This document shows, in pieces, positions 36,001-46,220 of a DNA stretch of 64,000 nt. How positions within the stretch are numbered: position 1 is the first letter of the stretch; each line of letters opens with the position of its first letter. The notes below the pieces were generated by a model, which was not told where the DNA came from, did not search any database, and worked only from the letters and a program-made list of their open reading frames with translations. The stretch lies in sequence record OR413578.1; one strand, written 5' to 3'. Both the position numbers and the translations under genes were made by a program.

Positions 36001-38201
36001 TCACCGGGGGTAAGCACAGTACGGAGCAGATAAACCCGCTCGTTGCAAACGATCAAATCGTTTGTTGATGGATCAGCAACCCATGGAGCGGTTGTAATCA
36101 CACCGGCCGCGTTACCATTTCGGTAATCGCCCAACTGAACTTTAACAACACGATGATGTTTTGCATGGTCAATGGTGCCGTCAAAGATGACCAGGTAGTA
36201 CGCACCGTCACTGCCTAAGCAGATCATTGCATCTGTACCGGTAATCACAATAGCAACCAGATTCACCCCAGGATACGCCGACATTCCAGCGGGTCGATAA
36301 CGTACGGACGTCTGCTGCATGTTCGTCAGCGTGTTGTCCGCGGTTACATCTGCGTAAGCGTAATAGATAGCCCAGTCAGCAGGGGCGTTACCGTTGGAAC
36401 CATTACGCAACGAGTAAACCTTACCAGCCTCGTAACGCGCCAAACCTTTCTGCCAGGTTTGGTTTTTGGTATACCCTTCGTAGTTCCCCTGGACTGGTAT
36501 AGGCAAGAAGTTATTGTTGCCGTACGATGATCCGCCGACAGTCCATGCGGGCAACAGCGTAGCAATCTTGTCATTCAGTGTGTCAATCTTTTGTTCAAGC
36601 AAGAAGCCCTGACGCGAAGTGACCATCTTATCCGAGGTAGTGTCGATTGCATCCCACAGTTTAGCCAAACCTGTAACAGACGTGGATGCGTACGGCACGT
36701 TATCGAGATCTGCAATGGTGTGGGTGTGCGTTGTAAGCGCTTTGCCTGATAGCACGGTGCGCAACGCATTAGTAACCGGTTTCTCCAGCGGTCCGGTATT
36801 GTCCATTTTCTCAATACCGAAATCTGCCGCGGTTAAGGTCAGATGCATCTGCCCGTTTGAATCTAATACAAACCCTTTACCATTGACTGTATACGTGTCG
36901 TCCACATATCCGTCGAGTTTGTTCTTCAAGTCAGTAACAGCTTTTTGGGAAATCGCTGTGGACGCTGCAGCGGACGCCGAAAGGTTAGTAATCGCAAACA
37001 AACCCTGCACAGTTGTGGTTGCTGCAGGCAGCTCCGCATTCATGTAAACTTTGTTTGTTTCTTTACCAGAGCCATAAATCTTCAACGTGTCGCTGGACTT
37101 GAAGTAGGCGTTTGCTGGAAGTATCTTCACCGAGGTCAAGTACATCTTAACCATATCCGGCGTAACGAGATACACGCTGTTATACACAGGTGCAAGCACA
37201 CCTGCATCATAAGCGCCCCACTTGTCACCTGCTTTACCCGAGTGAACCCAAAGCGTGTTCAGACCAGCACTGAACTCCGTAGCGATACCCGGTTCGTTGT
37301 TATCCTGGTCAGCTTTTAATACCAGCGGTTTTGTCGAGGTGATGATGAACTTCTCACCTTTCATGCTGATAACGTGACCAGACGTTGTTTGGAACGTAAT
37401 CGCGTCGTTATTCAGAACACGCATACGGCCCAGTAAATCACCCAGGGTATTATCCAGAAGCATGTCAACGTGTTTCTGTTGGATGCCACTGGTAGACATT
37501 AACGTCACTAACTCTGCCAGTGTACGTCCAAACGCTTTAGTCGCATCCACGGCCTTACCGAGCACAGGGAGTGCGCCAATGTCACCGCAGGTGTAACCAT
37601 GTGCATTTTTAATCAGGTGGTGTTGATACATTTCGTCATCAAACACCTGCTTACCGTTCTGATAAATCAAATCGGTAACTTCGGCAAATGCCTCATCCAG
37701 TTCGTGAGCGCGCTCTAAAATACCCAGACGGATATCTTCCAACGCCTTTACGATTTCATCGCGAAGAATCGCTTCTTCGAGATCTTTTGGCGGGTCGATT
37801 GGCGAGATAATCGGCGGATATTTCATCAGCTCAGACCAATCGCAGTTGCGCGGGTCTTTCATATCCGTCTTAACCAGATACTTGCCGATTTCAGAAGCAG
37901 GGATGCGATACTGCCGACCAACCGACAACAACTCGTATTCTACCTCTGTGGCGTTCAGCAGCATTATGCTGCCGTATATTGCATCGTTCTCAGCCTCGGC
38001 TAATTCCTGGAAGTAATGTCCTAAGAAATAATCAAGACCTTCTATTAACTTGCGTTTGGTTCCGGTTGTTTTATCGGTAACGGTTAACGTTAACCCGATG
38101 CGATAGAACGGTGCTTCGACGGGAATGACCGTCGAATAACGGTTCGGGTAAGTAGCGGTACTGAGGGTACCGTTAAACTGCGCCGCATCTTCTCTCGGCA
38201 T
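33018..38201 (-). CDS. giant tail fibre/baseplate protein (~1727 aa)
   Basis: ATG 38201 after AGGAG; shared N-domain (APFY..GLDY), H..KNAH, ATTTVQGLF, THTHT, ASTSVTGLAKL fibre motifs. Confidence 0.75.
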   Translation of the reverse strand: MPREDAAQFNGTLSTATYPNRYSTVIPVEAPFYRIGLTLTVTDKTTGTKRKLIEGLDYFLGHYFQELAEAENDAIYGSIMLLNATEVEYELLSVGRQYRIPASEIGKYLVKTDMKDPRNCDWSELMKYPPIISPIDPPKDLEEAILRDEIVKALEDIRLGILERAHELDEAFAEVTDLIYQNGKQVFDDEMYQHHLIKNAHGYTCGDIGALPVLGKAVDATKAFGRTLAELVTLMSTSGIQQKHVDMLLDNTLGDLLGRMRVLNNDAITFQTTSGHVISMKGEKFIITSTKPLVLKADQDNNEPGIATEFSAGLNTLWVHSGKAGDKWGAYDAGVLAPVYNSVYLVTPDMVKMYLTSVKILPANAYFKSSDTLKIYGSGKETNKVYMNAELPAATTTVQGLFAITNLSASAAASTAISQKAVTDLKNKLDGYVDDTYTVNGKGFVLDSNGQMHLTLTAADFGIEKMDNTGPLEKPVTNALRTVLSGKALTTHTHTIADLDNVPYASTSVTGLAKLWDAIDTTSDKMVTSRQGFLLEQKIDTLNDKIATLLPAWTVGGSSYGNNNFLPIPVQGNYEGYTKNQTWQKGLARYEAGKVYSLRNGSNGNAPADWAIYYAYADVTADNTLTNMQQTSVRYRPAGMSAYPGVNLVAIVITGTDAMICLGSDGAYYLVIFDGTIDHAKHHRVVKVQLGDYRNGNAAGVITTAPWVADPSTNDLIVCNERVYLLRTVLTPGDYFVSMRSIALDELNLGGSNTFVADVLTGGMLTSGDNIYLRQGQKRSDTDVLVAPVTQIYADASAKWNSARNFVHGPECNHAIGVDGLNFRVGLTPTVWFASTTGQTINFKQWVSSFVVDCSSMTITLEGADRFPIVADLTTVRYNGGAEIGIPSWKWGEGQANNRTFATSQDKYIVSQGHAGDRDLMPYVTITTLDDGVSWYEYLSCDYNFTARSFSAVMLNQGRGSIYELGMAYPLTLGANSRLIWLSQPRTRLAIEVEFDPNTTYSGKAGYGPTNNRRLVDSLTYENLSQMCHIVTPTSPGTELNGWYCTGPETFPYHNVSGTFTIHADRLTLSQAEWDKMKQMIIDGAPAGAANGYASEYILAANNAGKALFSVWFIGIGTATPLTLAQVACTRTVNNVNLLDIYYFTLKPTISNGQVTFPAAILALFDFYNNLDYGLNYATLGEITGGKTRRPGQPTLVSVDGTQFGLYLPHTLTLRQIGDLGALNYGVGLTLSNGTWTRSSAPHGIGRMAPSHTPVSPAYLAHRDQVMLHNSSLDYVYCGGIAMSSSDFVAAPNFSGPTESVVIAGVETAEGWLVYVTEEVDLRFGSSTYRLPTWYIDLSAAFPTNHQNRTFYLHAKVENGTPKYVMDVIQHPDTETELYIGYVKTGSSRVVETNVVHAKRLGAVKQLLEHAAVENKHDVEVGRDAATGRLAPLRKEAMGPLSIDATKGYLDSQLLYTVSDAQSRGKAMVSKRFEGLKTLPAFTQANKSGAFWKHPTTIATVTADENSEATSLGMEWVGIPTPAFAPTSTNLMVVVQSKFVVPGTPGVETTFNVHVAPWEAVDGFFYNIEAEGTDVNIDENPEVLLPSPHTVHHKQHSLPAGVPCTFTFVAAVSSSALETANQHICSWLFTDAGGLPITTDLSDSKIQILPQPGETNGTPVVLNSRSYTFTNVTGAIPVVTTGAQGLFPPPIVAWDGDDLTLTIAHDWVNERGRQQPDIIQVNLMFRT

Positions 38202-38221
38202 TGCAAACACTCCTAATCTGT

Positions 38222-38261
38222 AATAAAACGGAGACCGCCCTCCCAATAACGGAAGGGCGGT
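38222..38261 (-). terminator. possible terminator/attenuator between fibre genes
   Basis: ACCGCCCT..AGGGCGGT stem followed on the minus strand by CTCCGTTTTATTA; a second hairpin lies at 38268-38295. Confidence 0.5.
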
Positions 38262-38296
38262 TTACCTACGGACTACCCGCCCGTAGGCAGTCCGTC

Positions 38297-41200
38297 CTAA
38301 GAGGCCCACTCACCCGAGTTGTTGCCTTCGTTTCTACGTTCAGTATCCAACGTTTGTAAAATCCAATCCCATGTCCTGGTGGGGATGTGGAATGGATTAC
38401 GCTTCTCAATGAGAATCGTCTCGCCACCAGTGCGAAGTTCCACCGGTGTCGTTTCAGTAATCACGAACGTCGGATTACCACTACTGCCCACGCCATTAAT
38501 AGTGAACTTCGCTTGCAGCGGCGGCACAGAACCTTCCGGAGGCACGAACACGATGTGAATTGGCTGCATCGGTTTCGTGCGGGCAAGAGTCCCAGATATC
38601 TGAACAGCTGTTGTCGATGCACTGAAAGGTATAACATTGCCCGGAATTTTCTCACTACCCACGATGATATATCCTGGGTAGTTAGAGAGCATTGTCCCAT
38701 TTACCGACACAAAACGCTCATTTTGAGTTGGGCGATAAGCCCGCATAAAGCCGTACTTCCATTCACCACCGTTAGACGTATAGTCTGCAGGAGCCGACTC
38801 AAGTAGCGGAGCACCACGTTTCTGCAGCCCTTTGTAAAACGGTGCGGGGAGTTTACCGTTCGGTGCAAGTTCCGGATAACCCTCACTTGCAGCAGACATC
38901 GTGATGTATTCCGTAACCGGGTTATCGACGTTATCTCCAAAGTTCGCGAACGCGACGGTTGATATCGACATCTCCTCATGCCCAGAAGACTGGCTGTCCG
39001 GAGAACGCTCAATATACGACTCAAATAGCGAGCGTAGATAATGGAAACGATTTAAATCTACTTCTGTTGTGGAAGGGTCCATCAAACCGTGGTTGATTGT
39101 GACGCCTTCACCAGTTTCGATGCCAGTAACACTAATCGATAAAGCACCACCTTTAAAATAATCAATCGCGTCAAACGGAAGGTCGTATTCTATCTCACGA
39201 ATAGTTGCCGAAGCCTGGCCGCCTATCTTACTAATCGACGATATTCGCAGTATCTGCGTATCAACAATATAGCGATAACGAATAAGCCAGCGCGAACCAA
39301 TGGCTGCGAACTCGCTAGCGATTGAAACCGGGAGATAGTCTAAACAGTCAGGCGACTGAACATCCACGCTCTTGATTACACGAGGTGCATCAACCAGCGT
39401 ATTAGTAACGCTGGATTGTGTGGTGGCAATTCTTCCGGTTGGTTTATCGTACGGCGCTGCAATAAAGCCGCAGTTTAAACTGGTGTGGGAGTTACTCCAC
39501 CGCAGGACTCTGGTTTTACCTTTCCCATCAGCAGAAGGGGTCATGAAGTTTAATGAAACTTCGACGTCCGAGGTTTTTGGGACTTCAGGATAATCAGTGT
39601 CGATTACCACCGAACCCTCGAATGTCGCCATACCATTTTCTTTCGGGTTGCTTGGTGTAAACCAGCAATACGGGGACGCGTTTTCAGTGGAAACAACCGC
39701 CGCAAGAAGAATCCTGAGCGAGGTGGCACTTACGAATTTATAATCAAATAACCCACGATCTAAACGAACGAGGTTATCCCCAGAAACAGACGGGTTAGTT
39801 GGATACGCATACAGCCATTGTTTAGGTAATGGATCAACCTTATTCAACGGCAGCATTTTCGGGTTATCCGTCAACGACCAGTCGGTGTTACTCACCCCGT
39901 GTGCTAGACGTGTTTCGAAGTGCCGTTTAAGTTCGGACGCCATGCCAAAATCAAACGTCGTTTCAAACTCGTAAGTCGTGCCTGCAACCAATCCCGCGTC
40001 AGGGACATCGATGTGGCCGATATAGCCGCGTTCCAAGTTAATACCTTCCGTGTCCACAATAGGTTCGGCGCGCGAATATAACGCATCGGTTATCATGTTT
40101 ACGTAAAGGTAATGCCTTAAACCGTTCGGAGTCTTAACAAACTCCTGAAGGCGAGCAACCTTGGTGTTTTTATCAGAGGCCCCAACCGCAAAGTCACCGT
40201 CGTAAATTGTGAAACGAATTGCGGCTGCTTTAGCGCTATCGTTACACTCGGCACGGAATGCTAAGCAGTGTTGCTTCCACCCCTCCTTGACCTTCGCCTC
40301 CAGATACCCCGCTTCTGTAATACCCGCACCGATAATTTCACCGTCCAGATAAACAGAAACAGCACCACCGCCACGAACCCAAATCCGCAGCTTACCAGAG
40401 TCGCAACGAACCCACGTTTTCGCCAAGAGGTTAACGACCGACAAATCGCCCATTCCGGTTGTCGTTAACCCAATCTGCGCACCGTAGTTCGTTTCCGGGA
40501 CGGCAACCTCAAACCCACTAAAATCAATACCGGCACCGGTATTGATTACCGCGTTCTGCCACGTTCTTTCCATACGGTTATCTGGAGAGAACCACTGGAA
40601 CATCGGCGTGGTTTGCAGGTCTATCGAACCAGATACCGTCCCCTCTTTACGTGCACCATTTAACAGATAGAAATAATTCAAATCCGTTACGGCGAGTGTG
40701 GTACGTGTAGATCCCACAGTCCAAGTCTTACCACGCACAGCGGCAAAATCGGTCACGGAATCCTCTTTCGCGTTTGCTAGCGCAGCTGCAACTACGTCTA
40801 AACGTTTTGACAAATCGTTCAGAACGTTCGGGGCAACGCCGCGATTATCCGACAAGCCGTTTAGGTTGGTAGAATATCGAGCGATACCGGGAACTGTTTG
40901 AGAAGCCGTTGGGATCTGTAAATCGGCGAAGTTGTGATGGTGGCCTTTATCACTAAGACCGGTAACTGCTTCTGCCAACGCATCAGAAAGTGGTTTATCG
41001 ACGTCAGCTGTGTTATCAGCCAAGTCCAGACCCAAATCCTTTTTCGTTAGCGTTCGGCTACCAGTGTCCATCGGCTGGTTATTCAGCAGCGTTGTCTTCC
41101 TGACGTACGAAGACAGATCACCCTCGTACGGTAAGAGCGAAGCTGGGGTGGCTGCTTGTCCTTTGACTACATCGCTCGGCTTATCAGTTAGCGTCACAAC

Positions 41201-42427
41201 GCCGGGTTCAGAGGTCGTCGCGGGTTTGGCTGTGACCTTCCCGGTGACGGGATCGGCTTTTGACCCTTTACCCGTGAAAGTAATGCCGTTCACCCCGCTA
41301 ATGTACAGTTTGTTGTCATCCGGGTCAACGGTACCACCGCCGGTACCAGGGTCTTGTTGATAGCCCATGAGAGCAGTTGTGGTCAGTAACGTCGTACCAT
41401 TAAGCGTCAGCTTATCCATCCCCAAGGCACTGCCAGTCGACTCAATACGTAATGTATTGATGCCTGCTTTCCACTCCATAAACCGGACGGTTCCAGTAGT
41501 GTCGGCATACCCACACGCCAACACAACAGAGCCATTAGATTTAAGAGTGAATGCCTCAGCAGAGAACACAATTTCGGATTCACCAGCAGGAGAACGGAAC
41601 AGGGCACGAGTACCGGATATCGTCGCATTAAACACCCCTTTGGATTCTTTCGATACCCATTTAGAAATGTACTTGTCGATATCCGATTGTTGCAGACCCA
41701 GTGCACGGACCTCGCTGGTTAACTGACGCAACGTCTTTCCATACGCCAGGAAAGTATCTGGCGTTTTCAGGTTGACAGGATGCGCACCGGCCTGCGCCGC
41801 GGTAGTCCCATGAGGGTTAGTCGACGCAATGTGTCCGGGGTAGTTAAATGCGGCGATTTCAGTTCCTAAGCCCAAAACCGCATCTTTCAGCTCAGTAAGC
41901 TTTTCACGAATCTGCTCGTTGGCCGCCCCGGCATCTAACTCCACATCATGCACTGCAGAGGCAACATACTTTTTATTCAGCATGTCTGACCAAGCTACCG
42001 CTGCAGGGGTGGCTGGGTACAGGGAGGGTCGATTACCTAAAAGCAGCCAATCTGCAGCCGTTGGATTGTTGAGTGCCTTAATTAGCTCATCCAACATCTC
42101 AATCAAACCACTGTAAAACGTACCCCCAAGCATCTGGCCTTCAAAGACCACCGCACCACGCAGTTTAGGGTTAATAAGATGCACCCCGCAAAATACCGGG
42201 GTCGTCACCGAGTCGTCCAACGGTGTTAAAGCATACTCCAGCTCATAGTCCGTCCCGCGGGTAAGCGGTATGGACGAGCCGGCGAGCCTTACCACCAATC
42301 CTTCGAAAAACGGGCGATGATCTAGCATCACCACCCGATCGTTAGGATTGTCGGAGTCGATGATACGTTCCTCGATGAAGTGACACTCAGGATTTACACC
42401 CCGAGGATCGTAAGGATACGTTTTCAT
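38297..42427 (-). CDS. giant tail fibre/baseplate protein (1376 aa)
   Basis: YPYDPRG..RPFF..GTDYEL; HIASTNPHGTTAAQAGA; ATTSEPGVVTL; GHHHN. Confidence 0.75.
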   Translation of the reverse strand: MKTYPYDPRGVNPECHFIEERIIDSDNPNDRVVMLDHRPFFEGLVVRLAGSSIPLTRGTDYELEYALTPLDDSVTTPVFCGVHLINPKLRGAVVFEGQMLGGTFYSGLIEMLDELIKALNNPTAADWLLLGNRPSLYPATPAAVAWSDMLNKKYVASAVHDVELDAGAANEQIREKLTELKDAVLGLGTEIAAFNYPGHIASTNPHGTTAAQAGAHPVNLKTPDTFLAYGKTLRQLTSEVRALGLQQSDIDKYISKWVSKESKGVFNATISGTRALFRSPAGESEIVFSAEAFTLKSNGSVVLACGYADTTGTVRFMEWKAGINTLRIESTGSALGMDKLTLNGTTLLTTTALMGYQQDPGTGGGTVDPDDNKLYISGVNGITFTGKGSKADPVTGKVTAKPATTSEPGVVTLTDKPSDVVKGQAATPASLLPYEGDLSSYVRKTTLLNNQPMDTGSRTLTKKDLGLDLADNTADVDKPLSDALAEAVTGLSDKGHHHNFADLQIPTASQTVPGIARYSTNLNGLSDNRGVAPNVLNDLSKRLDVVAAALANAKEDSVTDFAAVRGKTWTVGSTRTTLAVTDLNYFYLLNGARKEGTVSGSIDLQTTPMFQWFSPDNRMERTWQNAVINTGAGIDFSGFEVAVPETNYGAQIGLTTTGMGDLSVVNLLAKTWVRCDSGKLRIWVRGGGAVSVYLDGEIIGAGITEAGYLEAKVKEGWKQHCLAFRAECNDSAKAAAIRFTIYDGDFAVGASDKNTKVARLQEFVKTPNGLRHYLYVNMITDALYSRAEPIVDTEGINLERGYIGHIDVPDAGLVAGTTYEFETTFDFGMASELKRHFETRLAHGVSNTDWSLTDNPKMLPLNKVDPLPKQWLYAYPTNPSVSGDNLVRLDRGLFDYKFVSATSLRILLAAVVSTENASPYCWFTPSNPKENGMATFEGSVVIDTDYPEVPKTSDVEVSLNFMTPSADGKGKTRVLRWSNSHTSLNCGFIAAPYDKPTGRIATTQSSVTNTLVDAPRVIKSVDVQSPDCLDYLPVSIASEFAAIGSRWLIRYRYIVDTQILRISSISKIGGQASATIREIEYDLPFDAIDYFKGGALSISVTGIETGEGVTINHGLMDPSTTEVDLNRFHYLRSLFESYIERSPDSQSSGHEEMSISTVAFANFGDNVDNPVTEYITMSAASEGYPELAPNGKLPAPFYKGLQKRGAPLLESAPADYTSNGGEWKYGFMRAYRPTQNERFVSVNGTMLSNYPGYIIVGSEKIPGNVIPFSASTTAVQISGTLARTKPMQPIHIVFVPPEGSVPPLQAKFTINGVGSSGNPTFVITETTPVELRTGGETILIEKRNPFHIPTRTWDWILQTLDTERRNEGNNSGEWAS

Positions 42428-42439
42428 TCAAAAATCTCC

Positions 42440-45400
42440 TTAATCACGAATAATAAGTGTTCGAGCTGACGTGTTTTTCGGATTGAACGTCATCATCTTG
42501 GATGGGTGCGCCGCCGGTGGAATTTTACCTGTATCCACTGGTCGGAACGAACTGTATGAATAGTTGCACATCGCGCTGTTCATCTCATTAATCGTTGAAC
42601 CTGCATCCACCACGCCAGTAAAGAATCTTGCGCGGTTTAAGCCGGAATAGTTAATCGCATAGTCAAGGAACGTGGCGTAATAACGATTCTTCATCGGCAT
42701 CGAATTCAGGTTAGCGTAAGTCAAACGCGCTTCTGTGTCGGAACTAAACAAACCACCCACGCCGTGATAAATCGGCGTACTCGGATCGGTAATCAGTTTC
42801 GTCAAGTCGATATAGTCAGGACGGAGACGGGTAGACAAATCCTCAGTCCACGACTCGCCGGTCGACTGCAAGGTGTATTTCAGCGTCTTTGTTGTCGCGG
42901 TTAGCGTCAGCTCAAAGTTAATCGTTTTGGAATCGATGTTAATCGTTCCCTCGAACGAAATACCGTCCGCTGTTCGCGTGTGGCTGAAACGCACCGATGG
43001 ATTAAGTGCCGTCCAGTCATGGCCGGAACCAGTAACGCCGTTCAAGCCAATAACAACCTGTGCAGCACGTCCGTAGTTAACCGCGATTCCCGCATACGTG
43101 CTCACGCCGCCTGGAGTGGTAATACGCCCTGCGGTGCGTGCGACGAGTACAGAAATACGGTGCATGAACGTGGCCGAGTGATGGCAACACCCAATTACCG
43201 TTTCTAGCACACTGTCCGCTGTTGCGGTTAAAGGTGTCCACGTTGCGGTAATGCCGTTATTCTGGAACATCGGGAATGTGTTGTGGACAAAACGATAATC
43301 GGTTACAGATAAACTGGTTGTTTTAAACGTCCATTTATCAGCAGCCGGATCGTAGTCCGCTTTCAACATAGGCGTATAGCTGCTAGCCTGCGCGTAACGC
43401 CAATCGGCATCTATACGTTTTGTACCCGGTGCGCCCGTGGACCACACAGGCCCGCCCGTACCGTAAGTAAATCCGAATTCAGCTTGCGTCATGCCCCGAC
43501 GAATATGGGCGTTATCATCCTCGATATGCTCGCCTAATTCACGGAACTCACCTAAACGCGTCACGTTGCGGATTTCTACAAAAACCACACCGGTTTCACT
43601 GGTGACGATGGAACCTATTTTGGTCATCGTCTCCGTTTCTGCCGTGTTTGGATTTTCGTAGATAATGTACTTGCCATCATCGCCCGCCGCGTCAACATAC
43701 ACGCCAAACTCAGCATCTTCGTGCGTCGCTGGGAATAGCTCCGCCAAGTTAAATGTGGAGAGAGGTACTTTGTACTCGCGACCAACGAAATAATCGTTCG
43801 CTTTAATAGTAACCATCCAGTCGGTGTAAGTGATGCCGTTTTCAATGATATCCGTGCCGGGTAAACCGTAACGAATAATGTTGATTGAAGCACCAGAGTC
43901 GACTGTCTTCGCAACCTTCTCTATCTCTGTGATCGCGTCCGCCTGTCGGATAACCTCACCGCCGTCTAATGCCAGCGTGGCATCGTCAACCGCGGTGCCG
44001 AACTGTACTAAACCGAACTCCGTCGTTGTTGCACGCTTAATCCCGAGCGCAGCAGGGGTGTGTGTGTGTCCGACGACTGCATACTTGTCCAGCTCAGCTT
44101 GTTGGAGCGGGGAAATCGGCAATTGCACATCTGGGATGTTCTGTACGTTCGATAAGCCGAAGTTAGTTTTATCGATGTAAATAGAACTCGTCAGTGGCAT
44201 GTCGTTGATGTACGATTTAACGGCAACCAACTTGCCCGTAAACTGCTGATCCAATTTCTTGATGAGTGCCGGCGTTGCGGCCAAGTCCTCACGATCACCG
44301 AATTCAGTAGCCAACAAACGGACAGCCATCAGGCCAAGGTCGTCGGACTCCGGTGGAACAAAAGTACAAATGAACGGAACAGACTGAATACCGTTGCCGT
44401 TAATGGTTACAGTAGCTGTGGATGTTCCGTAAAACAGTCCATCACCACCTGACTCGTTACCCGGCAGGTACGGTCCGACCGTAGTAGGGTCCAATAGTTT
44501 CTTACCGTTGAACTCCAATCCACGGGAATCCGGATAAAGGATGAGTTGGTTAGCCCCACCTTGCCATGTAATCGGGTTATTCCCGGCGTTAACGGTTTGC
44601 GAATCGCGGCCAATAAAACGGATAACCCTCGGGTCAACCGTGAATTGTGCACCCACGCCTTCAGACTCATCGGTACCCACTGCTGACGTTATCGAAGTCA
44701 GGCCAGGCTTCATACCGAAAGTGCCGTTGATAGACTGTGCAGCCGCCGGTAAACGTAAAAGCTTATTCGCCAGCGTTGACAGTTTCGGCAACAGATTGTT
44801 AACGTAATCTGTCAGCTGCGGTTGCGTTTTTCCGTATACCAGTGTCGCGTCCGAAGCAATACCGTTATTCTCCAAAGCACGGATTGCGCCCCACGAATCG
44901 CGATGTGGGTTATCCTTGCGCGGCACGTGCGTATGTGCTGGTGCATCACGGTACAGCTTATCGACAATCTGGTGATATTTTACCAGCAGCTGGTACACGT
45001 CGTTGTTAACGTCAGGTGCCGGTGCGCCTGGTAATGAACGAATCTGGACGTAATCGTTCTCACCTGCCCACCAGTTTAGGTTGACGCCCGATTTAAACTT
45101 CAACCATTTTGCGACATCAGTTTTCTGATACCCTGGTGCAAATTCGCTCGGTGGGTTGTCAACGTTAAAGCTGTAGTTAACGGTTTGCTTGCTTGTTTTA
45201 ACGGTAATGTCGTAAACGCCGTTACCTTCGCGTCTGACCACGCTAAGCTCAATATCACCCGCCAACTCGGTATCGGTCAGGCCAGTCGTCAACGTATAGC
45301 TGTAATTAGACGAACCAGAACCAATCGCCGTCGTTAAGGTAAGATAAATCGCGCGTTGCTTCAACTGAAGACGCAGGATACTTGTCCCACCGTTTGCGTA

Positions 45401-46153
45401 ACAGAGCATCCAATCGATCAACTCGCCTGGGTTCAACGTTGTTTCCGGTGGAATGCTCGGTAAACGGTATTTTGCCGCTAACGAATACGCATCGAATGTC
45501 GTGTTCTGGTAAGATAACGAATAACGACGACGTGACGCGTTATAGGTGTAGCCGCCAGTACCGTCGTACGTCGCATACTGCTCGGATGTGATAAGCGTGA
45601 CGCCGGCGCGATATTGAAGGTCTAACGTGTTACGAGCAATCGGGTCAACACGACTGATCGCTTCACCGAGCTTAGCACCAACCGCAACAATGGCTTCCAT
45701 CAACTCGGATTCGCCACGCCAGTTTTCCCAATCGAACTTAATATCGACCGGTGGGAAATATAAATCCCCAATAACGTTATCCCATTGGCAGTCTACGGGA
45801 TAGCGATCTTTATTCGCTTCTCGTTCTGCGGCGATCATTTCTGCGGTGGCTTCACCGATGCCAATTGCGTGGTAATCGAGTGTAAAGCCACTCTGATATT
45901 TCGGGTTGGTAATCCACACACCACCATGACAAACATGGCCAGTGCGTGCCATGCCCGTAACGTACGCATGGGTGATGACGTAATCATCACCTAATGTTAA
46001 TTTCTTGCCGCCACTCTTGACCACCAGGGATGTGGTATAAAAGGGGGCGTGTGCGGGGAACAGCATCCGGTACTTAGTACCGATCGGCGTTACCGCTTCA
46101 CCGGTCTGCATATTCCCCGGTTCTTGATAGTGCGGGTCAGGGACGACAGCCAT
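42440..46153 (-). CDS. giant tail fibre/baseplate protein (1237 aa)
   Basis: APFY..GDDY N-domain; DNPH; GHTHT; ATTTEFGLVQF. Confidence 0.75.
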   Translation of the reverse strand: MAVVPDPHYQEPGNMQTGEAVTPIGTKYRMLFPAHAPFYTTSLVVKSGGKKLTLGDDYVITHAYVTGMARTGHVCHGGVWITNPKYQSGFTLDYHAIGIGEATAEMIAAEREANKDRYPVDCQWDNVIGDLYFPPVDIKFDWENWRGESELMEAIVAVGAKLGEAISRVDPIARNTLDLQYRAGVTLITSEQYATYDGTGGYTYNASRRRYSLSYQNTTFDAYSLAAKYRLPSIPPETTLNPGELIDWMLCYANGGTSILRLQLKQRAIYLTLTTAIGSGSSNYSYTLTTGLTDTELAGDIELSVVRREGNGVYDITVKTSKQTVNYSFNVDNPPSEFAPGYQKTDVAKWLKFKSGVNLNWWAGENDYVQIRSLPGAPAPDVNNDVYQLLVKYHQIVDKLYRDAPAHTHVPRKDNPHRDSWGAIRALENNGIASDATLVYGKTQPQLTDYVNNLLPKLSTLANKLLRLPAAAQSINGTFGMKPGLTSITSAVGTDESEGVGAQFTVDPRVIRFIGRDSQTVNAGNNPITWQGGANQLILYPDSRGLEFNGKKLLDPTTVGPYLPGNESGGDGLFYGTSTATVTINGNGIQSVPFICTFVPPESDDLGLMAVRLLATEFGDREDLAATPALIKKLDQQFTGKLVAVKSYINDMPLTSSIYIDKTNFGLSNVQNIPDVQLPISPLQQAELDKYAVVGHTHTPAALGIKRATTTEFGLVQFGTAVDDATLALDGGEVIRQADAITEIEKVAKTVDSGASINIIRYGLPGTDIIENGITYTDWMVTIKANDYFVGREYKVPLSTFNLAELFPATHEDAEFGVYVDAAGDDGKYIIYENPNTAETETMTKIGSIVTSETGVVFVEIRNVTRLGEFRELGEHIEDDNAHIRRGMTQAEFGFTYGTGGPVWSTGAPGTKRIDADWRYAQASSYTPMLKADYDPAADKWTFKTTSLSVTDYRFVHNTFPMFQNNGITATWTPLTATADSVLETVIGCCHHSATFMHRISVLVARTAGRITTPGGVSTYAGIAVNYGRAAQVVIGLNGVTGSGHDWTALNPSVRFSHTRTADGISFEGTINIDSKTINFELTLTATTKTLKYTLQSTGESWTEDLSTRLRPDYIDLTKLITDPSTPIYHGVGGLFSSDTEARLTYANLNSMPMKNRYYATFLDYAINYSGLNRARFFTGVVDAGSTINEMNSAMCNYSYSSFRPVDTGKIPPAAHPSKMMTFNPKNTSARTLIIRD

Positions 46154-46185
46154 TTTACACTCCTTTTCTCTGAGGGCGTCGAGTT

Positions 46186-46194
46186 CATACTATG
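46186..46194. promoter_or_regulatory. candidate back-to-back late promoters (CATA-C-TATG)
   Basis: TAGTATG on the minus strand and TACTATG on the plus strand overlap in the 67-nt gap between divergent structural genes. Confidence 0.5.
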
Positions 46195-46220
46195 ACCCGA
46201 ATCCTTAGAGGAAACAGCCA

